Notes: generated from the letters alone by a model not told the origin. A DNA stretch of 64,000 bases from Vulcanimicrobiota bacterium (GCA_963714015.1 OY970223.1:3392001-3456000); one strand, 5' to 3'; shown: positions 20,416-31,238, counted from the stretch's first letter. Numbers and translations: made by a program.

Positions 20416-21699
20416 ATGCTTGATCTTGCGCTCATTCGCCGCGATCCCGATCGCGTCCGCCGCTCCGCCGCGCACCGCGGCCTGGACTCCTCGTTCGTCG
20501 ACGACGTCCTTCGTCTCGACGCGCAGTACCGCGCGTCCCTTACGGAAGTCGAGCAGGCGAAAGCCGAGAAGAATCGCCTCTCCTCGCAGATCGGCAAGGC
20601 CGCGGACAAAGCGTCAGCCGCCAAAGAGCTGCGCCCGCAGCTCGACGCGCTCTCGACTCAAATCGAGCAAGCCGAAGCACGAGCGCGCGCATTGGCACTC
20701 GACAATCCCGAGTCCCGGCTGCGCGAGCTCCTGACGCAATCTCCCAACATCTTGGACGAGTCGGTTCCGGACGGGAAAAGCGAAGCCGACAACGCGATCG
20801 TCCGTTCGCACGGAACGCCGCGCGCATTCGAATTCGAACCGCTGCCGCATTGGGAATTGGGCGAGCGCTTAGGAATCTTGGACTTCGAGCGCGCGGCGAA
20901 GCTCTCGGGAAGCCGGTTCGCGCTGCTGAAAGGCGCCGGGGCGAGGCTCTCGCGCGCGATCGCGCAGTTCTTTCTCGATCGCGCAGCGGCAAATGGTTAC
21001 GAAGAGATCGCGCCGCCCGTGCTCGTGACGCGCGAGACGATGTGGTCCACCGGACAGCTGACCAAATTTTCGGACGCGATGTTCGCGGATCAAGACGCCG
21101 ATCTGTTCCTCATCCCCACGGCCGAAGTTCCGCTGACGGCGCTGCACGCGGGCGAAATTCTGAGCGCAGGAGAGCTGCCGCGCAAGTACGACGCGCACAC
21201 GCCCTGCTTTCGTAAAGAAGCGGGCGCGGCCGGCAAAGACACGCGCGGCCTGATCCGTCTGCACCAATTCGAGAAAGTCGAGCTCGTCTGGCTGACGGCA
21301 CCGCAGAGCTCGTTCGATGCGCTCGAACAACTGACGCGCGATGCGGAATCATTGCTGCAAGCTTTGGAGCTTCCGTACCGCGTCGTCGCGCTTTGCTCGG
21401 CGGACGTGGGCTTCAATGCCGCCAAGACGTACGATCTGGAAGTTTGGCTCCCAAGCGCCAACGCGTACCGCGAGATCAGTTCCTGCTCCAACTGTACGGA
21501 CTTCCAAGCGCGCCGTGCGCAGATCCGGTTCCGGCGCGACGCGTCCGCCAAGCCCGAGTTCGTGCACACGCTCAACGGTTCCGCGCTCGCCGTCGGCCGC
21601 ACACTGCTTGCCGTCATGGAAAATTATCAACAGCGCGACGGTTCGATTAAGGTACCCGCCGTTTTACGCGACTACCTTGGAACGGACTTTATCAAATAA
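20416..21699 (+). CDS. serS: Serine--tRNA ligase
   Basis: LIPTAEVPL, FRKEAG, RLHQFEKVE, EISSCSNC, HTLNGS. Confidence 0.97.
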   Translation: MLDLALIRRDPDRVRRSAAHRGLDSSFVDDVLRLDAQYRASLTEVEQAKAEKNRLSSQIGKAADKASAAKELRPQLDALSTQIEQAEARARALALDNPESRLRELLTQSPNILDESVPDGKSEADNAIVRSHGTPRAFEFEPLPHWELGERLGILDFERAAKLSGSRFALLKGAGARLSRAIAQFFLDRAAANGYEEIAPPVLVTRETMWSTGQLTKFSDAMFADQDADLFLIPTAEVPLTALHAGEILSAGELPRKYDAHTPCFRKEAGAAGKDTRGLIRLHQFEKVELVWLTAPQSSFDALEQLTRDAESLLQALELPYRVVALCSADVGFNAAKTYDLEVWLPSANAYREISSCSNCTDFQARRAQIRFRRDASAKPEFVHTLNGSALAVGRTLLAVMENYQQRDGSIKVPAVLRDYLGTDFIK

Positions 21700-21736
21700 T
21701 AGGAGTACGGTCTTTCCACGCCTAGTGACCTGTTAC

Positions 21737-21909
21737 CGCGCGTTGCAGAACCGGCGGTACGCGTTCGTGGAAGCATCTGATATTTTCGCGCCGACACGGA
21801 TGTCGTTTCACTGCTTGCGGGCGCGAAAATTCAGTGAGCAGAAAACCGCCATGGAGGGCGGTTTTCGAGCGTCTTCGACGAACGCGTACCGCCGGTTCTG
21901 TAACGCGCG
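21737..21909 (+). ncRNA. Candidate structured ncRNA (32-bp closing stem, inner hairpins with ANGGA loops)
   Basis: 21737-21768 pairs with 21878-21909 (one G-U); loops ACGGAU and AUGGAG. Confidence 0.5.
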
Positions 21910-21911
21910 CG

Positions 21912-22262
21912 TTAATGACAATCGCTGAGCAAATGATCGGCGAGGGCGGCAACATAAGAGGATGATGCGGGCGCGCTGCTCACGGCGCCGCGGCGCGATT
22001 CGATGATCACGGCCGTTCGCGCGTCGTCGAGCGGCCGGACGCGTACGGTAAGGCGTTCGGAGTTGATGAGCCCGAAGGAGGCTTCGATGACGCCGGTTGC
22101 GGCATCCGCGCGGCCGACGTGTCCGCCAAGGATTTGTTCGATGCCGCCGATGCAGCGCGCATAGACCTGCGCGGCGGGTGCGAGCACTTCGAGATTACGT
22201 CCGGCGTGAAGCGCGACGCCGGCGGGGCGCTCCGGATTGAGCCAATTGCGCAGAAACTTCAT
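21912..22262 (-). CDS. Hypothetical protein
   Basis: 116-aa ORF co-oriented with the CRP gene; no recognised motif. Confidence 0.6.
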   Translation of the reverse strand: MKFLRNWLNPERPAGVALHAGRNLEVLAPAAQVYARCIGGIEQILGGHVGRADAATGVIEASFGLINSERLTVRVRPLDDARTAVIIESRRGAVSSAPASSSYVAALADHLLSDCH

Positions 22263-22282
22263 CGCGCGCCCGCGGCGGCAGA

Positions 22283-23212
22283 CTAACCCAAACCGATCGT
22301 TTCGAGCAACTTCGAGCGATCGAGATAGCGCACGTGTCCGCGCTCGCGGCGCAATGCATTGGTTCGTTCCAGCTCGGCGATCGCTCGCGCTGCGACTTCT
22401 TTGACGGTGCCCGCGGCGGCGGCCAGTTGCGCTTGCGTCATATGCGGAAGCGGCGCGAGCGCGGGCCCCAAGCCGCGCGAGGGTGATGCGTAAGGCAGCA
22501 GCGCGGATGCGACGCGCGCCAGCGTCGGCTGCGAGACGTGTGCCGCGATCGTCGAGACGAGGTGCCGCCCGCGCTGGGCGTTATTTTCGCCGAGTGCAAA
22601 CAGCAGCGAGGGCTCTCGCATGGCGATATCGCGCAAAACGTCGTAGCCGATGCCGGCAAAGCGAGCGACCTTCGAAACGACCGTCGTACGTCCGATGGCG
22701 CGTCCGCCGTCGAAGAACTCTTGAGCGCCGAAAACCTCGCCCGGATAGACGTGGAACAGCACCTGTTCGCGCGTTCCGCCGCCCGTCGTGACGAGCAAGA
22801 CGCCTTCGAGCAAAAGGGAGACGTCGCTGCAGTCCGCGTTTTCAGCGCGAACGATCTCACCTTTGCGCGCGATGCGCTCGACGGCCGATTCGGTCACCAC
22901 GGCTTTGCCGTTTTCGCTCAGATTGCCGAATACCGGACTTCGTCGCAGCGTCGCTGAGAGAAGCGTGCTGCGGGTTTCGTAAGGAACGCGCGTCAGGGCT
23001 ACGCGCCACTCGCGCTCCCCGAGCCGCCAGTAGCGCGCCTCGAGTGCCGACGGAAGCGCCTCCTCTATTCGCAGCAGCAGCGGGCGCGGATCGAGTTCCA
23101 TGACGAAGTCGAACGTCGTGCCGATCGACATCTGACTGGCATGGTCCAATACTGCGGCGGCGCGCTCCCATACGGGAAGGCCGCGAAGGTCCTCGCTCTC
23201 CATTTGCTTCAT
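22283..23212 (-). CDS. CRP/FNR-family regulator with an N-terminal DUF2249-like domain
   Basis: DLRGLP..ER...DPRPLL...EWRV N-terminus; cNMP-binding domain; HTH MTQAQLAAAAGTVKEVAARAI. Confidence 0.8.
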   Translation of the reverse strand: MKQMESEDLRGLPVWERAAAVLDHASQMSIGTTFDFVMELDPRPLLLRIEEALPSALEARYWRLGEREWRVALTRVPYETRSTLLSATLRRSPVFGNLSENGKAVVTESAVERIARKGEIVRAENADCSDVSLLLEGVLLVTTGGGTREQVLFHVYPGEVFGAQEFFDGGRAIGRTTVVSKVARFAGIGYDVLRDIAMREPSLLFALGENNAQRGRHLVSTIAAHVSQPTLARVASALLPYASPSRGLGPALAPLPHMTQAQLAAAAGTVKEVAARAIAELERTNALRRERGHVRYLDRSKLLETIGLG

Positions 23213-23721
23213 GCCTTAACTTTTTCCCAGACGCTCTGCGCCGCCTTCGGAAGATGGTCCATCGTCTTGAGGAACAGCGTGATTTGCCAGAGCTGGGTCT
23301 GGTTCAGGCTGTGCCCAAAGGCCGGCATTCCGGTCCAGCGTATCCCGTGGTAGACCTTCCAGTAAGTCACGGCGTCGGGATCGTCCTCGACGCCGTCCTT
23401 GGCCAGCTGCGGAGGATGCTGATAAAGGCCCTTTGCCACGCTGGTTGGGGTGCCGCTTGCGCCGCCGTGACATACCGCGCAGTCGCGCGCGTAGAGTTTC
23501 AGGCCGGCTAACAGGTTGGCATCGCTGGCGGGCAGCGGATCGCTGAGGGACGGGGCGCGCGATAACGTCGCCCCGAGCGACATGCGGGCCGCCCACCGCT
23601 CGATTCGGGGCGGGCGAGCGTCGGCGTTCGCCGGTACCGCGCCGCTGCGCAACGCGGCATACCCGCCGATTGCCAGTACCAGCACGACGAACAGCACGCC
23701 GGCCAAAAATCCTCGAAGCAT
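23209..23721 (-). CDS. Membrane-anchored monoheme cytochrome c
   Basis: N-terminal TM helix, CAVCH, GIRWTGMPAF; SD GAGGAGG. Confidence 0.88.
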   Translation of the reverse strand: MLRGFLAGVLFVVLVLAIGGYAALRSGAVPANADARPPRIERWAARMSLGATLSRAPSLSDPLPASDANLLAGLKLYARDCAVCHGGASGTPTSVAKGLYQHPPQLAKDGVEDDPDAVTYWKVYHGIRWTGMPAFGHSLNQTQLWQITLFLKTMDHLPKAAQSVWEKVKA

Positions 23722-23843
23722 GTATCTCCTCCTCAAGGCGGGTTTGGCACAAGCCTACAAAGTTTTCCTTAAGGTATCCTGGCTTTACGCTAGCGAAACA
23801 GACGGCCGTCCGGCCCGTATATCGGGAAGAAAGAGGGATCCGA

Positions 23844-26492
23844 ATGAAATATCCAGGGTCTGCGGCTGCACTTGTTCTTGGGGCAGCCTTATTGACGACC
23901 GCGGCCGCGGGCGCGTCCTCGCCGTACGCCGCCATAGACGCGGCTCAGGGCGAATTGCCGAAGGACGTGGTGCCCACGTTTTACGCAATCGACGTTGCCC
24001 CCAATCCCAAAACCATGAAGATAGCCGGACACGAACGCATCACAATCGTCGTGCGTAAACCGGCTTCCAGCATCGTTTTGAACGCACTGCAGACGACGTT
24101 CGGCAGAGTGACGCTCGACGGCAAGCCGGCCGTCGTTTCCGTCAACGAGGCGCGCCAGCAAGCGAGGTTTGCATTTCCAAAACCGGTAAGCGCCGGCATT
24201 CACACGCTGGACATTGCATATACTGCGACGCTTCAATCCTCGGCGCAAGGCTTGTTCAAGCAAAACTATTCCGATATGCAGGGTACGCCGGCCTATATGT
24301 ACGGTACGCAGCTCGAGGCAACCGACGGACGCCGCCTGTTCCCGGGATGGGACGAACCGGCGTTCAAAGCGCGGTTTCGCGTGAGCTTCGTCGTTCCCAA
24401 GGAGTGGACGGCAATCTCGAACACGCCGATAGTTTCGCAAAGTCCCGTCGGCAGCGACGGCAAACGCGTCCAATTCGACACGACGCCGAAGATGTCGACC
24501 TACCTCGTGGTGTTGTGCGCCGGCGATTTTCAGCAGATCAGCACGACGGCCGACGGCATCAAGCTCTCGGTGTACGCGACCCGCGGCAAGATGGACGAAG
24601 CGAAGTACGCGTTGAGCGTCATGAAGGATCTGATGCCGTACTACGATTCCTACTACGGCGTGAAATTTCCGATTTCCAAGCTCGACACGATCGCCATTCC
24701 GGGCGGCTTTCTCGGAGCTATGGAAAACTGGGGAGGCATCACGTACAACGAGGGCACGATTCTCTTCGATCCGAAATTGCAGCCTCAGTCCGATGAAAAG
24801 AGCATCTTCGGCATCATCGCGCACGAGGAGTCGCACCAATGGAACGGCGACCTGACGACGTTCGCGTGGTGGGATGACGTTTGGATCGCGGAAGGCTTTG
24901 CCACCTGGATGGAGACGAAAGCTCCCGATCACTTTCATCCCGAATGGCACATGTACATCGGCGCCGACAACGACGTGCAAGGCGCTATGGCGCGCGACGC
25001 GCAGATCACCACGCACCCCGTGTACGTTCCGGTGCACAACGAAACCGAAGCAGCAGCGGTCTTCGACGAAATCTCATACACCAAGGCCGGTTCGGTGCTG
25101 CGCATGCTCGAGCAGTACATCGGCCCCGGCAAATTCCAAGCAGCGCTGCAGCAGTATTTCCGAACCCATGAGTACACTTCGTTCAGCGCGAAGGACCTGT
25201 GGGCCGATTTGGGCGCCCAAAGCGGACAAAACATCGCACAGGCCGTCCACAATTGGATTTACCAGCCGGGATTTCCGGTCGTAGCGGCGAGCGCTTCGTG
25301 CAGCAACGGGCATCGAACCATCGCCCTCTCGCAGCAGCGATATCTGAACGACGCCGCGCTGCCGGCGGGTTCGACGGTTTGGACGATTCCGCTGAACGTT
25401 AAGACCGACGCAACCTCTTCCGCGACGCAGCCGGTACTCTTCAACACGCGCACGGCGACTATCGACGGCGGTTCCTGCGATAAGCCGTTCGTTCTGAACG
25501 GCGACGCCGTCGGTTACTACAGGACCGAGTACGACCCGCAGACCCAAGCTGCGCAGCAAGCCGCCTTCCTGAAGCTCTCGACGGCGGATAAGCTCGCGCT
25601 TCTTCACGATGCGCGAGCATTCGCCTCATCGGGCCGTTCGAAGATCGACGAATATCTCGCATATGCCAAAGCGGACAGCGGCGACGCGGATCCGCTTGTC
25701 GCCGGCGACGTGCTCGGTCAGTACAACGCGATGCTGACCTTCGAAAAAGGCAAGCCGGGCGAAGCCAAACTCAAACAATACGTCGCCGCTCAAGTCAAAC
25801 CGATGCTGCCGCAATTCGGAGGTTGGGACGGCACCGGCATGAACGACGACCAGCTGGGCGTCCGGAACACCATTCTGTTCCTGCTCGCGCAATGCGGCGA
25901 CCAGCCGACTATTGCAGAAGCAAAGCGCCGCTTTGCGATCGTCTTGCAGAATCCGCAAGCCTATCCGCCGCTCACCAAACAGGCCGTCATGGGTATCGCC
26001 GGCTACGCAGCGGATCCGGCGATCTATCAGCAACTGCTGGGAATGGCACTGAAAGCGACGAATCCGACCGAGCAGCAGAACGACTTTTTCGCGCTGTTCG
26101 GCGCTAACGATCCGGCCCTGGCCATGCAGAGTTTGAACATGTCGCTGCATTTGCCGCCGCAGTTCGCGCCTTTTGCTCCCTACATCGTAGGAGCGGTAGC
26201 GCAGCAGCATCCGCAAGAGAGTTGGAAATTCCTAAGCGACAACTCGGACAAGCTCTTTAGTTCGATGTCCTCGTTCGAAAGAGTGGCTGCCGTCTCGCAA
26301 GTGGCCGGGCAGTTCGCGACGCTGATCCCGGCGGATCAGATCCAGGCCTACCTGAACTCGCACGTTCCGGCCGACGCAGCGAACGAAATCAAGAAGACGA
26401 TGGACGACGTCCATACGCGGCAGGCCGTCGAAGATCGGCTCCTTCCGCAAATAGACGCCTACGTCGGTTCGCAATTCCTGACGAAGAGTTAG
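23844..26492 (+). CDS. pepN: Secreted M1 aminopeptidase (PepN/ERAP1-like)
   Basis: Signal peptide, GAMENWG, HEESH...E, YTKAG. Confidence 0.92.
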   Translation: MKYPGSAAALVLGAALLTTAAAGASSPYAAIDAAQGELPKDVVPTFYAIDVAPNPKTMKIAGHERITIVVRKPASSIVLNALQTTFGRVTLDGKPAVVSVNEARQQARFAFPKPVSAGIHTLDIAYTATLQSSAQGLFKQNYSDMQGTPAYMYGTQLEATDGRRLFPGWDEPAFKARFRVSFVVPKEWTAISNTPIVSQSPVGSDGKRVQFDTTPKMSTYLVVLCAGDFQQISTTADGIKLSVYATRGKMDEAKYALSVMKDLMPYYDSYYGVKFPISKLDTIAIPGGFLGAMENWGGITYNEGTILFDPKLQPQSDEKSIFGIIAHEESHQWNGDLTTFAWWDDVWIAEGFATWMETKAPDHFHPEWHMYIGADNDVQGAMARDAQITTHPVYVPVHNETEAAAVFDEISYTKAGSVLRMLEQYIGPGKFQAALQQYFRTHEYTSFSAKDLWADLGAQSGQNIAQAVHNWIYQPGFPVVAASASCSNGHRTIALSQQRYLNDAALPAGSTVWTIPLNVKTDATSSATQPVLFNTRTATIDGGSCDKPFVLNGDAVGYYRTEYDPQTQAAQQAAFLKLSTADKLALLHDARAFASSGRSKIDEYLAYAKADSGDADPLVAGDVLGQYNAMLTFEKGKPGEAKLKQYVAAQVKPMLPQFGGWDGTGMNDDQLGVRNTILFLLAQCGDQPTIAEAKRRFAIVLQNPQAYPPLTKQAVMGIAGYAADPAIYQQLLGMALKATNPTEQQNDFFALFGANDPALAMQSLNMSLHLPPQFAPFAPYIVGAVAQQHPQESWKFLSDNSDKLFSSMSSFERVAAVSQVAGQFATLIPADQIQAYLNSHVPADAANEIKKTMDDVHTRQAVEDRLLPQIDAYVGSQFLTKS

Positions 26493-26500
26493 CACGGTGG

Positions 26501-26536
26501 AATAAAAACGGACGCCTCGCGGCGTCCGTTTTTATT
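26501..26536. terminator. Bidirectional intrinsic terminator
   Basis: AATAAAAACGGACGCC-TCGC-GGCGTCCGTTTTTATT between convergent genes. Confidence 0.85.
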
Positions 26537-28677
26537 ATTGGGCTTTGGCGGCGTGCAGGGCGACGACGCGCTGGCTCGGCGCCTGGCGCCCGTTGTGAAG
26601 GCGGACGAAGTCGAGCAGCGCCGGATACGTCACCGGCCGGCTGAAGAAATACCCCTGCGCCTGATCGCAATGCAGGCGCACGAAGTCGTTTTGCGCCTCG
26701 TATTCGATGCCTTCGGCGATGATGCGCAGGCCGAGCGTCTGTCCCAGGGTCGAAATCGTTTTGACGATTCCTTGATCGTACGAGTCGCGGACGATGTCGT
26801 CGATGAAGCCTTTGTCGATCTTCACCGCGCTCACCGGCAACCGCTTGATGTAGCCCAGCGAGCTGTAGCCGGTGCCGAAGTCGTCGACGACGATCCCGAT
26901 GCCGCGGCCGCTCAGCCGCCGCAGCGCGGCGATTGCGAGTTCGTTCACCATGACGCTCTCGGTGATCTCGATGTCCAGGGCGGTCGGCGGCAAGCCCGTC
27001 TCGCTGAGAATGCCGAACAGCGTCGGAATGAAGTTCGGATCGTAAAGGTCCTTCGTCGAGAGATTAACCGCGATTCGGAAGTCCGGTACTTCGGTCGCCC
27101 GGATTCGCGCCGCGGTACGGCATGCTTCGCGCAGCACCCAGCGGCTCAGATCGACGATGATGCCGGTCTCCTCCGCAATAGGGATGAACACTTGCGGCAA
27201 GAGTTCGCCGAGCATCGGGTGACGCCAGCGCAGGAGCGCCTCCGCTGCGACCACTGCTCGCGTCTGCAGATCGACGATCGGCTGGAAGAGCAGATGCAGC
27301 TCGTCGCGCGAAAGCGCTTGGCGCAGATCCTGCTCGAGACCGAGACGCTCGAGCACGTGCGCTCTCGTCGCGCCGTCGAAAAGCCGCGCGGTATTTCCGC
27401 CCGCCTCTTTCGAACGGTACATCGCCTGATCCGCGAACGCGATCAGGTCGTCGGCGCTTTGCGCGTCTTGCGGGAACATGCACCCGCCGACGCTGGCGCT
27501 GACGAACAGATCGCGTCCTGCGATACTGAAGGGCTCGCGGAAAGCATCGATCACCTCGGAAGCCAACGAGGTGGCGTTGCGTTTCTGCGCGAGCCCTCCC
27601 ATGACGACGACGAATTCGTCGCCGCCGGGCCGGAATATCACCGACCGATCGTCCAACAAACTGTTGAGACGGTGCGCGATAGCCTTTAACAGCTCGTCGC
27701 CGCTGCGGTGCCCGAGCGTGTCGTTGATTGTCTTGAAGCGATCGACGTCCACGAACAAAACCGCGAGCGATTCGCTCTTCATCCCCGCTTCCTCAATCAT
27801 GGCCGGAAGGCGCTCGCCCAGGGCCAAGCGATTGGGGAGCGAGGTTAGCGCGTCCTGGCGCGCAAGGCGCGAGAACCGCTCGGCGTTTTCGCGCATGTCG
27901 GTGACGTCGAGCATGACGCCGATCGCACCGATGACGGCGCCTTGCGGATCGCGCAACGGTTCCACGTCGTTTTGCATCCAGCTAAGCCCGTGCCGCGATT
28001 CGTACCGTACCGTCTCGCCGCCGAAAGCGCGAGCTACCGCTGCCGCGCACGCTTCTTTTTCGGCGTATTCGCCCAGCAGACACTCGAACGGCGCACCCAC
28101 GACTGCATCCTCGACAAGACCGCGGTCGCTCAAACCGGCGCCGGCCACTGACGTAATGCGCATATCCAGGTCGACGGTCCAAATGACCGCCGGAACCTGA
28201 GAAAGCAATACGCGAAACCGTCGTTCGTTCGAGCTCGAGGCGCAGTTCGCCGTGCTTGCTCTCGGTAACGTCGCGCAAGTAAACGAGTACCTCGTCTTGC
28301 GCGGGCTGCACGCGGATTTCCACCCACATATTAGTGGAAGCAAAGAATTGGAGGCGCTCGATCGGGGTGCCGCTGCTCTGCGCGCGCCGCATATCCGGTA
28401 CAAGCTCGCTTGCGAGCGGATCGAAGATGTCCACGATGCGCCGGCCGACCAGGTCGGCGGCGCTGCGCCGAAGCATCTCTTCGGCGCGTTCGTTGACGTG
28501 AGAGAAACGCATTTCGCCGTCGACGATGAAGAATGCGTCAGGAATGCTTTCGAGAAGGCTGTAGCGCTTCTGGACGAGCAGCCGTTTTTCAGCCGCGCTG
28601 CGCGTCCGGATCCATGTGAAGATCGCCGCCGCCAGGACGGCGATCGCGGTAGCGGTTATCGCAAGCGCCGGGTTCAT
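26535..28677 (-). CDS. TM-PAS-PAS-GGDEF-EAL c-di-GMP enzyme; 1-nt frameshift near 28233
   Basis: Two PAS domains; intact GGDEF, EALLRW and DDFGTGYSSL; ATGA overlap with the upstream regulator. Confidence 0.88.
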
Positions 28678-30215
28678 GCGGTCGCCTTGCGCTCCAGCTC
28701 TTTGCGCAGAGCCAGCTGTCCACGCACCCCGAGGGTTTCGTAGACCTCCTCGATTTGCTTCTTCAGCGTGAACTCGCTGCGGCTAAAACGCCGGCAGAGT
28801 TCTTCCATCCCGGCGCCTTCACAAAGGGCCGTTGCCAGTTGAAGCTGGATGTTGCTCAGTTTGCCCAGGGCCGGACTTTGCGCCGGCTCGGGCGGATGTT
28901 GTACCTGCTTGCACAGGGCGCTATTGGGAAACACGAGCGCGTGCGCTTGCGCCATCCGGTTCCACGCATCTTCCTGCGTAAGCTCGTAGAGCGCTTCGGC
29001 CGCAAGCGCAGCGCGAAACTCGTGCTGAATCTGGGAGAAGACTTGGTAGGCCGACTCCAGATTCTTTACCGCCAGGTTCTTGTTTCCGAGTACTGCTTGG
29101 ACGCGTCCTGAGGCAAACTTCTCCAAAGCTTGCGTTCTGCGCTGATGCGAGGCGCCGATCGTCGGATCGACGTTCTGCGTTCCGAGTTGAATATACGTCG
29201 AAACGTAGCGCTGAGCTTGACCCATGTCGAGGGGAGCAAACAGTACCGCGAGCGAGGTCAGCGCGATGCGTTCTTCGCCCATCGTCGCGCCCCATTGCAC
29301 AGTACGCGCCAGATTGTGCGCCTGATAAAGCTCCTCCGTTGCCCACGCTTCGTTGCCCGTCATCCGCGCGACGAAGGCCCGATCGACGTGCGCCATCACC
29401 TTCCAAGCGACGGTCGGGGCGAGGTCTTTGGAGTCCTTGAACAGCCACTGAGCCCGCGCCGATTCACCTTCCAAGAATGCTTGCCATGCGAGAGCGCGCA
29501 CGCACAGGAATTTGTAAGTCTGCAGGTCTGCAGTCCATTCGAGTGCATCGTACAAGCGCTCGCCTTGAGCGACGGCGTCGCGCTCGCCCAGTTCGAACGC
29601 AAGCTCGAGCATAGCATGCAGAGCGACGCTAACCATGGTGAGGTCGCAGCGGTAGCCGTGCTGCTCGAACATCCGCAAAGCAGCCAGCAGTTCGTGCAGC
29701 TGATTGCGGTAATCTTCGACCCCGGCGTACATCCATGCTTGCACGACCTTCGCCGAAAAGCGGACTGCCGGATCTTCAGCGCGCGCCGCGATGTTGAAGT
29801 ACTCGCTCTGCGGCTCGTAGTTCTTCGTCGACCACAGAAGGCGCGAGCGATGCAGCGCGAGGTGCGAGCCGAGCGGATCGTCCGATCCGTTCAGCAGACC
29901 TTCGCCGGCGTCCAGCATTTCCTGCGCGCCGTCGAAGTTTCTGGAGTTCGTATACGCCCTTGCGGAGGCGATGTAGTATCCGAATCTTCCGGCATTGGAA
30001 GTAAAGGCGTCGGAGTGCGCCGCCAGTTCTTGTAATCCCAGAATCGGATCGCGGTAGGTGAGCACTTGCGCCCGCAGCAGCAGGCCCTGTTCACTTTCCG
30101 CTTGCGGCCATTCCTCGCATCCGTTGAGCAGCTCGAGTGCCTCGTCGCGACGTGCGCGCCGGTGGGCTTCGAGTGCGTTCTGCAGATGCTCGGCGGCTTG
30201 TATGCCGGTCATCAT
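28674..30215 (-). CDS. TPR-like helical protein with C-terminal LuxR-type HTH (copy A)
   Basis: Ala/Leu-rich helical repeats; LSNIQLQLATALCEG...SEFTLKKQIEEVYETLGV. Confidence 0.75.
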   Translation of the reverse strand: MMTGIQAAEHLQNALEAHRRARRDEALELLNGCEEWPQAESEQGLLLRAQVLTYRDPILGLQELAAHSDAFTSNAGRFGYYIASARAYTNSRNFDGAQEMLDAGEGLLNGSDDPLGSHLALHRSRLLWSTKNYEPQSEYFNIAARAEDPAVRFSAKVVQAWMYAGVEDYRNQLHELLAALRMFEQHGYRCDLTMVSVALHAMLELAFELGERDAVAQGERLYDALEWTADLQTYKFLCVRALAWQAFLEGESARAQWLFKDSKDLAPTVAWKVMAHVDRAFVARMTGNEAWATEELYQAHNLARTVQWGATMGEERIALTSLAVLFAPLDMGQAQRYVSTYIQLGTQNVDPTIGASHQRRTQALEKFASGRVQAVLGNKNLAVKNLESAYQVFSQIQHEFRAALAAEALYELTQEDAWNRMAQAHALVFPNSALCKQVQHPPEPAQSPALGKLSNIQLQLATALCEGAGMEELCRRFSRSEFTLKKQIEEVYETLGVRGQLALRKELERKATA

Positions 30216-30243
30216 AAGCGTATCCCCTCGATAGACTCAGCGC

Positions 30244-31227
30244 TTAGTCCTGAAGAGTTCCGACGCTGGTGTCTTGTCCGCCGCTAACCACGGCTTGTGG
30301 TCCCTGGACGGATTTCTGCTGTGAGGGTGAAGTCGACGTGAAGCTCAATCCGGCAGCATTCACGTAAGTGTTGTAGACGACCAAACTATACGAACCGGCG
30401 TTCAGCGTATGAATCGAGAAGTTGCCGCCCGCATCGGTGCTTGAGGTGTTGCCGATGGAACCGTCGGCGGCGTAAGCCACGACAACCGCGTTCTGAACCG
30501 GATTCCCGTTCGCATCGTGGATCAGACCGCTGATGGAACCGCAGTCGTCAATCGGCGCGACGAAGAGGGCCGGCTGCGCTATCAGCGTGCCGCTCGAGTT
30601 CAGGTTGAGCGATTCGAACGCGTTGAAGTCTACGCGGACCGCATTGGTGCCGTTTTGCGGAATCGAGAAGGGCTGATTGAGCACGATGGCCACCGTGTTC
30701 GAGTCGATGCTGGCGGTGCTCGTGTTGGAGCCGGCACCGACGCTGCTCAGCGTCAAGTCGTTCGTCTGGAAGTCCAGCGGCATGGACGTGCCGTTGCTGA
30801 AAACTCCGGTGCTGCTCTTGAGGTCCACCACCAGGCGCAGCTGTTGATAGTCGGATCGCAGCGTCTGCCCGTTCGCGACGACTTGACCGCTATTGCCGGG
30901 CTCGTTGAGGACGTTGACGACGTAGGGCGTCGAGAATTGCGCAAGGACTGTGGTCTGCCCGTTGTCGATCGCGTCGACTTCTTTGACGCCGATGTTCAGC
31001 GCGGACATTTGATTGCCGCCCAAGTTCGGAGGCGCGTCGCCCAGAAGCACCCGGAGCAAATCGCTGACCGCCGGACCAATGCCGCCGTACACGCCCTTCG
31101 GAAGCACTGTGTGATGGTGCGGGTCCGAGGCGGGAAGGACCGACCCGACCGATCCGGTTTGATGCGCGCAACCCCCAAGGCCTAGCAGACAAATAGAAAC
31201 TACAGCCGTTGTAAAGAGCTTTTTCAA
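30244..31227 (-). CDS. Lipoprotein with DUF4382-like and carboxypeptidase-regulatory-like domains (copy A)
   Basis: Lipobox LGGC; VLLGDAP, YQQLRL, VDFNA..SL; GSISG...TDAGGNF...LNAGSY. Confidence 0.75.
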   Translation of the reverse strand: MKKLFTTAVVSICLLGLGGCAHQTGSVGSVLPASDPHHHTVLPKGVYGGIGPAVSDLLRVLLGDAPPNLGGNQMSALNIGVKEVDAIDNGQTTVLAQFSTPYVVNVLNEPGNSGQVVANGQTLRSDYQQLRLVVDLKSSTGVFSNGTSMPLDFQTNDLTLSSVGAGSNTSTASIDSNTVAIVLNQPFSIPQNGTNAVRVDFNAFESLNLNSSGTLIAQPALFVAPIDDCGSISGLIHDANGNPVQNAVVVAYAADGSIGNTSSTDAGGNFSIHTLNAGSYSLVVYNTYVNAAGLSFTSTSPSQQKSVQGPQAVVSGGQDTSVGTLQD

Positions 31228-31238
31228 GGTCGTTCCTC

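Noticed and set aside
21737..21909. Retron msr-msd (terminal inverted repeats enclosing hairpins)
   Set aside because: There is no reverse transcriptase in the window and no recognisable branching-G/msd layout.
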